In this document: positions 37,718 to 49,760 of the stretch, one piece after another
Layout: each line of letters starts with the position of its first letter
Numbering within the stretch: the first letter of the stretch is position 1
Origin: Malacoraja senta
Lineage: Eukaryota
Assembly: GCA_038087875.1 (NCBI GenBank)
Contig: CM075990.1
Coordinates: forward strand, 12,712,001-12,776,000
Reading direction: 5' to 3'
Length of the DNA: 64,000 bases
Notes under the pieces: model-generated
Told to the model about the DNA's origin: nothing
The model's database searches: none
What the model saw: only the letters and a program-made list of their open reading frames with translations
Program-made: the position numbers and the translations under genes

Positions 37718-40700
37718 CTGCACAGTGACAATATAAAAAAAGGAAGTGCAAATCAGTTTTGAGAACAGCGCTAGTACAAGAATGTTAACTTAGCTCAGAT
37801 GGGGTGGGGTCAGCACTACCAATACTGGTCACCTCCTCCACAGGCATTTTAGTGCAAACTCAATCTTGGCTTAGAGGTGAATATCTTGTTTCTCCGTCCA
37901 ATGCTCTGGGAATTAGTTAGCATTATCCATGTTACATTACCTAGAAATTTAAATGTCATACTCCAATGGAAGACGTTTATCAAGAAAGAAAGAAAGAAAA
38001 AAAATCAGGGATGCTAACTCCAAGTACTTTGCATCAGACACTTCAACCATCAAGCTACCCATAACCTTTGACAAATCCCATGTAACATTCAGGCCAAGTA
38101 GACAAATGAAAACTACATGATCTAATTATTTTTTTTTTGTAGAAGTTGGGATGGTAGAAATTTTGTATATTGTGATTTTGAGCAACAGCAGTAGTTGTTA
38201 GCCTAACATTATTTCTTCATCATATTAAAATACAAACATACCATAATCGTTCAAGAGCTGGAAAAGAGATTCCAAGACCTGTGTACTTAAAAGAACAACA
38301 CAAACCCTTATGTCATGCAAGCAATTCCAAATAATACATGCACACTCTACCCAACTTCTGTGAATAGCATTGTGAAATATCTTCCCCTCATTGTCCTGGA
38401 TTTTACTCAGTTCTAACTGTGCTTTCATGTTGTGCCTTGCTCTTAAGGCCAAGGAAGACAGACTATGTGTACCCGGTTCATTCATCACACTGGTTCCAAT
38501 CAAAAAAAGGTACTTGGATTACCAAACACATTATGATTAAAGCAAACTATGAATTAAAAAAAATGGTTTCAAGATGGTCAAGGAAAGCAGAAATTACTAA
38601 GGCAAGTGAAAACAGTCAGAAATGTCTTTTGATTGCAATTTCGGTTGGATAAGAGATAATTCACACACCAAAGAAAGAGATCACTACTTCCAGATCTATA
38701 AAACAATGGTTAAATAATCAAATTGAAATGGTACCAGCATTATTAGCCTCCAAGACGCCATTTTAGTTGAGAGCAGGTTTAATAGAGTACAAAGCCCTGG
38801 ATTCAAAGAGTTATAACCACCATTTGACCAGCAACTGGTGGGGTTATTGAGTCATGAAACTTATATGTCTTCTTGGCTTGAACATGCCAAGAAAAAAATC
38901 TCAAGTACTCCAAATTGTTGCTTCAATTGCTTTCAATTAAAAATATTTTTTTATAATCAGAGTTCAGTCTTTGTCTTGTATTAAATTGTATTACCTGATC
39001 TGGACACAGAAGAGACGGGAAGAGTTTTGGTTTGAATGAAATTAATATGAATTTCATTAAACAAGACGAATAGTGAAGCTAAAAAAAGGGAATTGGAATG
39101 CAACATACAAAGCTCTGCAATGTCCCAAATACCTTTCAAAATAGTTTTGTTATAAGGTTATAAATGTTATTCACTGTTGCATATGAGAAAATAACAAACA
39201 TAGTTAATGGTGCAAAGTTGGCCAGAAACCTCAACTGACAAAGATTCCATGCATTGGCTTGCAACAGACATCATGGTAATTTAAACAATGTCCTAGGCCA
39301 AAATGATAATCAACAGCCCATGCAATTTTCAATGGTAATAATTTCCTTCATGGATGCCAATAATATAGTTTAGTTTATAGGAATGATGCAAGAGCCAACA
39401 TTACAACATAATTGGAGCAAGTATACCATGAAAGAAAACCCATCTTTTGCTCCAGGTTTAGTAAAGGAGCCAGGAATGCTATTATTCATTACACCTTGCA
39501 AACACCATTGCACAAATTATCAATTGTCAAACTTCACTGCACAAATATCTGCTCACTTATCAACCTGCCCAGACGAACATGTCCTGGCCCTGTGCCCGGC
39601 TGCATATTAAATAATTATGTCACTGTGCTCCTCCTCCAACTAATTTCTAAATCATTGTCTTGTCAACACCATCCAAAAATTCTTGCAAGCCAACTTACAC
39701 ACATATCCCTCCTAACTGCTTACTGTACCTCAACTTTCTGCATTTCACAAACCAGTAACATTCCATTCCACACCAATATTTAAAAAGCTTTTCTATTCTT
39801 TCTCCATGTGAACAACTTCTCATGGAACTGGTGCCCATTATTGACGATTGTCTGCTACAACTGAGTAAAGGATTTGCTCCAACCACCTAGCAGTCACTCC
39901 ATGAAACAAGTTTTTTTCAACTAAAAGCTATTTTGAACAGCTAAAAATGTATTCTTGTTACTGCAAATTAAAAAACACTTTAAAAAAATTGTTACATTGT
40001 TTAACAGAGTATCATTCCACAAATGTCCATCGAAGCAATTGCTTGTCAATTTCAACGATCCTCTCGCAGTGTAACTAACAGCCTGTGTTCTTAGAGATAA
40101 TGGTGTCTGATTACTGTGGGGACGCTCCCTACAACTTAACCAAAATCTGGTACAAAAGAGTGTAAGAAGGAACTGCAGATGCAGATTTACACCTAAGATA
40201 GACATAAAATGCACTGAGTAACTCAGTGGGTCAGACATCTCTGGAGAAAAGGAATAAATAGGTGACGTTTCCAATCAAGACCATTCTTCAGACTGAGAAT
40301 CAGGAGAGAGGGAAACGAGATATGAAAAGGAACATAGAATAAATAAATTAATGAAAGGTATGCAAAGGGGCAAATCAAAGCTACCAATGATGATCAAGAG
40401 AAGATGGGAGCCCACAATGGTCCATTTTTGTCTGTGGAGAAGGTGATAACGAGTGATACAAACTGAAACTCGGCAGGATGACAGTTAAACTAGTACAAAG
40501 ACTAGGGTGGGGGAGGGACAGAGAGAGGGGATTGAAGGGTTACTTGAAGTTAGAGAAATCAATATTTCATTAAAGATGAATAGTGAAGTTCAAAAAGGAA
40601 AATGGAATGCAACTCAGCCATATAGTCAATCTTTGGGAAGTACAGATATCAGGATAGGCCAGAATCTCTCCTTTTGTCTGAGCCGACTTCACTTTCCTGG

Positions 40701-41024
40701 CATAAAGACAACTTAACTGAGAACTTCCAGAACCAATTCTTGTGCATTTCCAGGCATAGCTGTCAACATTAATACATAACCTTGAGTTTGCAAAGAGTTT
40801 TTTGAAGACAGCAAGGGATCAGGCACTAAGTTGGCACTAAGCATCCTGCCAACTCATCATTCTCCAAACAAAACCCTCATAGAAAAGTAGTGAAGAGCAG
40901 TGCAACTAACCGAATTTCTCTTCAGCCAAATAAGGAATGCAGAGCAAAAGTTATAAAATTGTGCGTAATGTTTTGTTTTTAGACTAGTTGAAATCACTCA
41001 GGCCACCCAACAGGCAATTTGCCT

Positions 41025-41815
41025 CACCTTCCACCCCATCAGCCGTCGCATACATCATATAATCTGCCAACACTTTTGCCACCTCCAATGGGATCCCACT
41101 ACTGGCCACATCTTCCCATCTCCACCTTTTTCTGCTTTCCTTAGAGACCGTTCCTTCCCCAACTCCCTGTTCAACTCGTCCCTTCCCACCCAAACCACCC
41201 CCTCCCCAGGTACTTTCCCCTGCAACCACACGAGATGCAACACTTGTCCATTTACCTCCCTCCCGACTGCACCCAAGGACCCCAACAGTCTTTTCAGGTG
41301 AGGCAGAGGTTCACTTGCATGTCCTCCAACCTCATCTACCGAGACCAAGCACTGGCTCGGCGATAGTTTCCCTGAACACCCCCACTCAATCCGCCTTAAC
41401 CTACCTGATCTCCCGGTTGCTCAGCACATAACTCTCCCTCCCATTCCCAATCTGACCTTTCTGTCCTGGGCCTCCTCCATTGTCAGAGTTAGGCCCAGCG
41501 CAAATTGGAGGAAAAGCACCTCATATTTTGTTTGGGTAGCTTACACCCCAGCGGTATGAACATTGACTTCTCTAACTTCAAATAGCCCTTGCTTTCCCCT
41601 CCATCCCCTCCCCCTTCCCAGTTCTCCCACCAGTCTTACCATCTCCGACTACATTCTATCTCTGTCCCGCCCACTCCCCGGCATTAGTCTGAAGGGTCTC
41701 GACGCGAAACGTCACGCATTCCTTCTCTCCTGAGATGCTGCCTGTCCCGCTGAGTTACTCCAGCATTTGTGTCTACCTTCGATTTAAACCAGCATCCGCA
41801 GTTCTTTCCTACACA
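41025..41815 (+). mobile_element. Penelope-like retroelement 3' portion
   Basis: Longer homologue of the 44415-45024 copy, including the Cys-containing linker (PCNHTRCNTCP), GIY-YIG remnant and terminal repeat. Confidence 0.82.
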
Positions 41816-44414
41816 TCCTAGGCAATAGATTGTTGTTTATTGATGTCAGGAGTGACACTGTAGGTACTTCCCATACTCATGTAAAATATAGATTCTTATT
41901 CTAGTTCAAAACCTATGAGATAGAGTCATGAACCAGTCAGATCAACATATAGGTTTCCAGACCTGTTTTTTGCATTTTTCCACCCAATATAAAAGATGCA
42001 GTAAAGATGAAGGTAAAGAAAATCCCTGTATCCATCAACCTATTATTGCAGCATTATACTTGTACCAAGCATTGTAGTGTGACAAAAGATAAAATATTGC
42101 AATTACAAGCAAATTATTATAAGCAAATCCGTGCAGAGATCTCAGATACTAAGCATGATTTATTCGCAGTCACCTGAAGCAATACTCCATACTAGCTATT
42201 GCAGGTAATTTGAATTAAAAGGTAAAAGAAAGGCTTGGTTTTCCCAGCATTAGTTGAGGATTCCAACAAGTTCCACTCTAAACTGGATGCTCAACTTCAT
42301 GACCAACAGTCAGTGATGATAGGCGACAAATCATCTTCTACAATAATCCTCAACACTGGTGCCCCGCAAGGATGCGTACAATAATAAAACTGAAACATAA
42401 AGAACTGCAGATACTGATTCAGTATCTGAAAGAGGTACTGAAAGCACAATAATAAAGCCAATTCCTGCAATACCTCACGTATACCATCATGGATTTCACT
42501 GTATTTGGAAAGAGGTTCATACCTGAAACACACCCAATTATTTATAAACCACTAGCATTATCCTTGCAGTCGTTCTTTCCACTATAACCAAAATCCATTA
42601 CAAAGAGGTTCATAATAACAAGGGTAGACTCTACTACAAACTCAAATAGTCCATTCTTTATCTGCGGCTAAATGTTGAAATGACCCTTGTGGACAATTCC
42701 ACCCTGGGAAAAAAGTTTTAACTTTCTACCCTCTCTGTGCCTTTTATAATTTATTTTGCATATAAAATTTATGAGTGGCCTAGTCAGAGCTTTTTCCCGG
42801 GGTGGAAATAAATCTATACGGTGAGAGGGGGAAAGTATAAAGGAGATGCGCGGGTCAAGGTTTTTTTCACACGGAGATTGGTGGGTACCTAGAATGCATT
42901 GCCATGGGTGGTGGTGGAGGCAGATACGATAGTGGCATTTAAGAGCTTTTAGATAGGCGTGTGGAAGTCTGGGGAATAGAGGAATATGGATGATGTACAG
43001 GCAGATGAAGTCAGTTTAACTTGGCATCATGTTCGGCACAAACATTGTGGACAAAGGGCCCATTACTGTGCTGTACTGTTCTATGTGAACTCATCAAATA
43101 ACTTATAGCTTTCACAGAAGCAGTCCAGACAAAATTAAAAATGTCTGCAAGAAACTTCTCACCTACTCCAACAGATGCTAGCAATAGCAGAATTGCCACT
43201 GAAATAAAAACTAGGCAGTTTTAAGAGAATAATTAAATAGACCGTTTAATGAGGTGTTTAACACGGCATTGAATTAGGAAGCAAACGTGTACTGTTAATA
43301 GAGACCTAGTAACAAAGGTGGAAACAGCAATGGAAAATTATGATTGCCCAGCATATTACTGGTAAAGAAAAATAGGATGAGTAGGGTCAGTTGGCACTTT
43401 GAGTGTGTTCTGCCATTCATCGAGACTATGGCTGTCCATCTTGCTATAGACTAATTTCCTCAACCATTACCTCGATTCCCTTAGTCATTTTGTCAAGATT
43501 TAGACAATTCCCTTAGTCAAGATTGTTTTCTGAATAATAAGCCTCCACATTCTTCCAGGGTAGAGAATTCATAAGATTTGCCACTCTGCCTGAAGCAATT
43601 TCTCACTTTTAAATGGTTCTGCCCTTATTCCGAGACACAGATCCAAACTATAGCTCTGGCCCTCAAACCTAATTTAATATCTAACCCGGAAATATAACTG
43701 ATCTCCTCAGCCAGCCTGATAATTATGAGTGGTTGGGACTCAAGCACTGATCCCAACTAATCAACAATCCTGATTATGTGGCAGCCTATTTTAGAATGGT
43801 TTGCTGAAAAACAAAGCAAAACCAACAATTGTGTCCTTGATTAAATCTTTAAAAGGCCATTCATACTGGCGGCAAAGAAACCGGGATTGTAATAAATCCC
43901 AAGGCTTTAAATCATGCACACGTCAATTGGTCAATTAATGCACAATGACACCAAAAAAATATTTCCACCCTAAAAAAAAAATCAAGTCTAGTAACTTAAA
44001 TCGTCCTAGTGAAACAGTAGCAAAAACAACTGTTTTCAAAGACAAAAAGCAAGTTCCCAAGCGCCATTGGTCAGAGTACCAAAGTTTTGCAACCTACAAC
44101 TTAGACATCCTGAGTTAAGGCAGTAAGACCAAAATAAGGCACCAAATTAGAGTACTTCCTGAAAAGACTGAACTAAGGCACAAAGTTATTCTACCTTAAA
44201 AAGTATGAGATGGCAAACACTGGATGTACAACTTCATTAGCACCGAGTATGGAAATAAGAAACAAAGTTCAAAATTAAATTGGCCCATTAAACTGCAAAT
44301 CTCTCCCCAAATGATTTCCATCCAAAGGAACTAATGAATCCTCTAATATGCCAGATAGCTACAAAAAAACATGCAGGCAACAGCTAGAGCAATCAAATAG
44401 TCAAAATCATCAGG

Positions 44415-45024
44415 TACACAAAAATGCTGGAGAAACTCAGCGGGTGCAGCAGCATCTATGGAGCGAAGGAAATAGGTAACGTTTCGGGCCGAAACCCTTC
44501 TTCAGACTGATAGGGGGTGGGGAGAAGAAAGGAAAAAAGGAAAAGGCGGAGGAGGAGCCCGAGGGCTGGGGGAGGGGAGGAGACAACCAGATGGCTGATG
44601 AAGGGGAGGGGACAGCCAGGGCTAGCAGAATTGGGAGAATTCAACGTTCAGGCCACCAGGATGTAGACTGCCCAAGCGGAATATGAGGTACATTTCCTCC
44701 AATTTACGGTGTTGCTCGCTGTGGCCATGGAGGAGACCCAGGACAGAGAGGTCAGATACGGAATGGAGGGGGAGTTGAAGTGCTGAGCCACCGGGAGTTC
44801 AGGTTGGTTATTGCGGACCGACCGGAGGTGTTCGGCGAAACGATCGCCAAGCCTCCGCTTGGTCTCACCGATGTAGATCAGCTGGCATCTAGAGCAGCGA
44901 ATGCAATAGATGAGGTTGGAGGAGATGCAGGTGAACCTCTGTCGCACCTGGAACGACTGCTTGCGTCCTTGAATGGAGTGGAGGGGGGAAGTGAAGGGAC
45001 AAGTGTTGCATCTCTTGCGGTTGC
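44415..45024 (-). mobile_element. Penelope-like retroelement 3' portion with GIY-YIG endonuclease
   Basis: ORF 44648-44947: FTCISSNLIYCIRCSRCQLIYIGETKRRLGDRFAEH...VAQHFN, i.e. LIY-YIG, R and EH motifs of the PLE GIY-YIG domain. Confidence 0.9.
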
Positions 45025-46767
45025 AATCATCATGTGGGTTGGGTGCATCAGAACATCAAAAGACTAAACTGGGATTAAATCATGATTATGGTGGAATTAA
45101 TGCCCTAGAGATTGCTTAATACTTAAGGAATCAAAAAGCATTTGTACAAATTCTCCCATAGATAAGCTTAACAGTGCATTTATGGTTTTTGTTTCCAACT
45201 ATGGTGCACAGTAATAAGAAGAAAATCTAGTGTGATGAGTTATGTTCAGAGATTTTTTATGATATGGCATATAAAGAAAACTCCTAGATTAAAAAGTAAT
45301 CATCCATTTTAAAGAAACCCTCAAAGATTTTAGGAGATGCTTATTTGCTGGCCCTGCAAGCGGATTTGGAGAACTTTACAAATATAGGGCTGTGCTACTT
45401 CTTACAGTGCTCTGAGATGTCTGCTGCATGGCTCCAGAGCCAGGTCAAGAACTAGAAACACACATTTTTCCCTCAGGCTATGTTGACACACTGAAGATAA
45501 TGATGAATTTTATCAGCATGAATGCCTGCCTTTGACGAGAGATGGTTCCTGGGATATCAGAAGTGCAACGTGTTTTCTGGGGTCTCTTTATAGCCCTTTA
45601 ACATTGGACATCGTTGAGGCAAGTTACCGAATGAAGTAAATATAAAAGTGCAGAGAATAAGATAACCATTACAAAAAAAAAACACTAAAACTGGCAGGGA
45701 TTACATTATAAAAACAGCTATCCAACATGGTTCCAAAAAAAAATGTAGACCTTTGTCGAAAGTCACTTCAATATCCCTGCTACTAGAGAATGTAAGCAGC
45801 TTCGATCAGGGTTCAACTGCACATTCATTTCACTGCCAACCTCAGACCAGAGCAGAAGGACAAAACTATTTGCAGTGCAAATTCCAAGGAATAAAAAAAT
45901 ATTTATATTTTTCTACATTATTGTAAATTTTCATCATCCATGCACACTTCTATGGAACACAAAATGTATCAATATTTACAAGAAGAATAAATACTGAACA
46001 ATCACTATTTTGGACTCACATTTCAATCACATTTGTCTAACGATAGAAAAAAACCTATGAAACCTAGCCTGGTGAAAAATCAGAATTAATAAAAAGCTGA
46101 AGATGCTGGAAATCAGATTTATAAATAGAAAATGCTGGAAATGTCAGCATGTCAGGTAGAACCTGTGAAAAGAGATATTGTGCGACGTGCTTGGCGTTTG
46201 AGCATTTTCTCTTTAAGTTCAGCTTTGAAGGCCTTGGATCAACTCATAACATTTTCACTTAAGGAACTAGCATGTCCAAGTCCTTCTCCAGAAGTCCAAA
46301 CACAAATATCTAGGGTGACATTTAAGTTTGGTACTGAGGGAGTAAGTACCGTGTGGTCGGAGACAACTTAAAAGTTGTTAAACCAAGGCATTGGTTGCAG
46401 TTCTAGTTGAATGATCAGTGCCACAATATCACTGATACAACAGTGGGGTGATTAACAACAACTAACTAGCAACAGAGGCAGGTAGACAAAAATGCTGGAG
46501 AAATTCAGCGGGTGAGGCAGCATCTATGGAGCGAAGGAAATAGGCAACGTTTCGGGCCGAAAGCCTTCTTCATTCAGGACCAATAATCTGACATATAATC
46601 TTAAATTTCCACACAGGCAGCTCTGCAACTAAATGAATCTGAATTTTCAAAAATCTGGTATAATTGCCTGTAAACATAAACCCACTAGATGGTCAGATCA
46701 TACCCCATTATTCACATGTCCATCTGAAAAGGAAATCTGCCAACCTTACCTGGTACCTGCATTTCTC

Positions 46768-47057
46768 AGGAAATGCACCTCATATTCCGCTTGGGCAGTC
46801 TACATCCTGGTGGCCTGAACGTTGAATTCTCCCAATTCTGCTAGCCCTGGCTGTCCCCTCCCCTTCATCAGCCATCTGGTTGTCTCCGCCCCTCCCCCAA
46901 CCCTCGGGCTCCTCCTTTTCCTCCTTTTCCTTTTTTCCTTTCTTCTCCCCACCCCCTATCAGTCTGAGGAAGGGTTTCGGCCCGAAACGTTACCTATTTC
47001 CTTCGCTCCATAGATGCTGCTGCACCCGCTGAGTTTCTCCAGCATTTTTGTGTACCT
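46768..47057 (+). mobile_element. Penelope-like terminal fragment, near-identical inverted copy of 44415-44700
   Basis: ORFs 46822-47013 (+) and 44456-44644 (-) translate almost identically. The copy is flanked by TACCTGGTAC at 46747-46756 and 47053-47062. Confidence 0.85.
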
Positions 47058-47219
47058 GGTACAGACCATGTCTGACTCTATCCACCCGAATATTGTCAAC
47101 TTTTAACAGCCATCTCATTTCAAGGTAATTAGAAAGGGGCAATATTCACAAGAAAGGGAGGAGTTCAAGAGAATACTGGATATTATTCCCCATCCAACAT
47201 CAAAAACATGATCACAAAA

Positions 47220-48090
47220 TATAGAATGGTACAGCACAGGAATTGGCCCATTGACCCAATGTTTGTGCCGAACATGTTTAGCTGAACTGATCTCATCGGC
47301 CTGCAAGTGATCCATATCCCTCCATTCCCTGCAAATCCATGTGCCTAACTAAACATTTCTTAAACGCCACCATCACATCTGCCTCCTTCACCACCTCGGC
47401 AATGCATTCCAAGCCCCCAAAAAACACCCTGCACATCTCCATTATATTTCCCCCTCATCTTATAGCTATGTCCTCTAATGTTGGGCATTTCCACCATGGG
47501 GAAAAATGTTCTGACTGTCTATCCTATCTATGCCTCTCATAATTTTGTATACTATCAAGTCTCCCCTCAACATCTGACTTTCCAGAGAAAACAATCCAAA
47601 TCTATCTAACCTCTCCCTGTAGCTGAAACCCTCTAATCCTGATAGCATCCTGGTAAACCACCTCTGCACCCTCTTCAAATCTTTCACATTGTTCCTGTCA
47701 TGGGGCAACCAGATCTGCACACAATTACCAAATGTGGTCAAACCAAAGTCTTAAAAAGCTGCATCAAGACTTCCCGACTCTTGTATTCAATGCTCCTAAC
47801 AATGAAGGCAAGCATACCATATACCCTCTTTACCACTATCTACTTGGACTGCCATCTCTAGTGAGCTATGAACTTTGATTCCAAGATCCCTCTGCACATT
47901 AATGTTGTTACGGTCTTGCCATTAACCGTATACTGCCTCCTTACATTCAGGCTCTCAAAATGCAACAACTCACACTTGCTCAGGTTAAACCTCATCTGCT
48001 ATTTTTCCACCCATTTCTGCAGCTTATCTATATCCTGCTTTATCTTCTGACAGCCTTCCTCACTGTCTGCAACTCTCCAATATTGGTACT
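47220..48090 (-). mobile_element. CR1-type LINE 3' fragment, decayed
   Basis: CVQIW.PH...LKRVQRWFTRMLSGLEGFSYRERLDRFGLFSLE..MLRGDLI.YKIMRG. Confidence 0.85.
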
Positions 48091-48982
48091 GTCAGCAATC
48101 TTAAATCAAGCTGCTGATTTTCACATTATGCAATGCCCATGGACAAAAAAAATGCTATTATGTGTCTATGTTATCCTGCACTACAAATACTTTTCTTCAG
48201 CTGCAAAATATTTTGGAAACAATAGAAGCCTCTGCCATATATTGTGCAGACCAGTTTAAAAAAAATCAAGGCCATGGAAGTTCAAAACATTTTTTGTTCT
48301 AAATGTTCATTATGTGATCATTTGTCAGCACAGCATCTATTGCACCCCAGCACGTTGTTACGCCATTTCAGTTGAATCAACAACATTGCTGTAAATCAGA
48401 TGTCGTGAAAGATCATGAATTTGAATCTCAGTGTCCTATCTGGGACATGACAATAAAACACTCTGGACTCTTGAATTTGATCGTCAGTATTGTTTACCTC
48501 ACCACCGATGTTGATTGAGCTGATGAGTATTTCCAGCGTTTTATTTGAAATGAATATTTTGCACAAAGATCAATGAATGGGCCGTGAGGGGAACGTGAGT
48601 AATAAGGGCACTTTGAAGAAGGGTCTCGACCTATTCCTTTTCTCCAGAGATACTGCCTGTCCCGCTGAGTTACTCCAGCTTTTTGTGTCTATCTTCAGAG
48701 CATTTTCAATAACAGGGTCAGGATGAGTATTTAATTTCACATAGTTAATTCAAAGTAGACTACCTTTGTTGCTTTGCTTGATCAGGACCCTGGTCTCTGG
48801 TGGTTAGATTCCCCTGTCATTAAGCCGCTGAGGCAATAAGGTGGGGAACATTTAATCTCAGTACAAACTGGCTCACCAGACCCTCAATGAGCTCCACAAA
48901 GGGGGGTCACCCGCGGGTCAGCCCAGGACTAGGCCCCAGCGCCCCAAACACAAGCCCGGCCTCTGCTCCCTCCCGCACTCAC

Positions 48983-49302
48983 CCCTCGTCCTCCTCGTTC
49001 TTGCTGGCGTTGATCTTCGAGCCTTCCATCTCCTTGTTGGTCGGCGGCTGTAGCTGCTGCGACGACGGCACCGCCTGGCTCCCGTCGCCCGCCCGCCCCG
49101 AGGCCTCGTGGCCAGGCCCGCCGCCGACACCGACGCCGCCGCCGCCGCCACCCACGCCTTTGGACGCATCGGCTTTCGAGTCCGTCGCGTTGCCGAAAGC
49201 CTCGTTGTCTACCGGGCCGCCGAAACTGTAAAAGGCGGCGTCGAAACCGTCGGGACCCGCCCCGGCGCTGCCGTTTTCTGTGAACTGAGCCGAGTCCGCC
49301 AT
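48983..49302 (-). CDS. hnRNP D/DL/AB-family protein, exon 1 (320 nt coding, Gly/Ala-rich N-terminus)
   Basis: ATG at 49302 (AAGATGG). MADSAQFTENG...EGSKINASKNEEDEG ends in the family's pre-RRM motif. The phase-2 donor GG|gtgagt matches exon 2. Total CDS is 1113 nt (370 aa). Confidence 0.93.
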
Positions 49303-49324
49303 CTTGACAAGAGCTGGAGCACGA

Positions 49325-49760
49325 GGGCGGGTCGGTGGCGGGACGTCCGCCTGATGGACGGGCGCTGTCACCAATCATCAACAGGCCCGCCCACTCATCT
49401 GCCGCACTGGGCCAATAGTGATGGAGAGGGCGGGACATCCGCCTGATGGACGGGGACTATAACCAATCAACAACGGAGGCTCCACCGCCGCTGCCAGATC
49501 TGGCCAATAGAAATGGAGGGGCGGGACAGGTGCCTGACTGACGGGTGTTCTCGCCAATCAGCAGCTGAAGCTCCCCTCCCGCCCTGGCCAATAGTCATTG
49601 AGAGGGCGGGATCTTGCCTGATGGACGGGCGCGTTAACCAATCAGCAACGGAGCCTGGACCATCGCTGTGGAGAGGGCGGGACAATGTACAGACAATGAA
49701 CAACCGGTCCCGGATGACGAGGGCTGACCGCTGTGTGACAGCGCGGCTCACCAATGGGTG
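49325..49760 (-). promoter_or_regulatory. hnRNP gene CpG-island promoter with tandem CCAAT/GC-box modules
   Basis: CCAAT at 49371, 49412, 49463, 49504, 49554, 49588, 49638 and 49751, alternating with GGGCGGGA boxes, immediately upstream of exon 1. Confidence 0.85.

Noticed and set aside
49303..49374. In-frame upstream extension of hnRNP exon 1 in the ORF track
   Set aside because: It starts at a non-ATG codon inside the promoter motifs; the ATG at 49302 has a strong Kozak context.
49330..49690. Regularly spaced repeats superficially like a CRISPR array
   Set aside because: The context is vertebrate, the repeats are degenerate transcription-factor motifs, and there are no cas genes.
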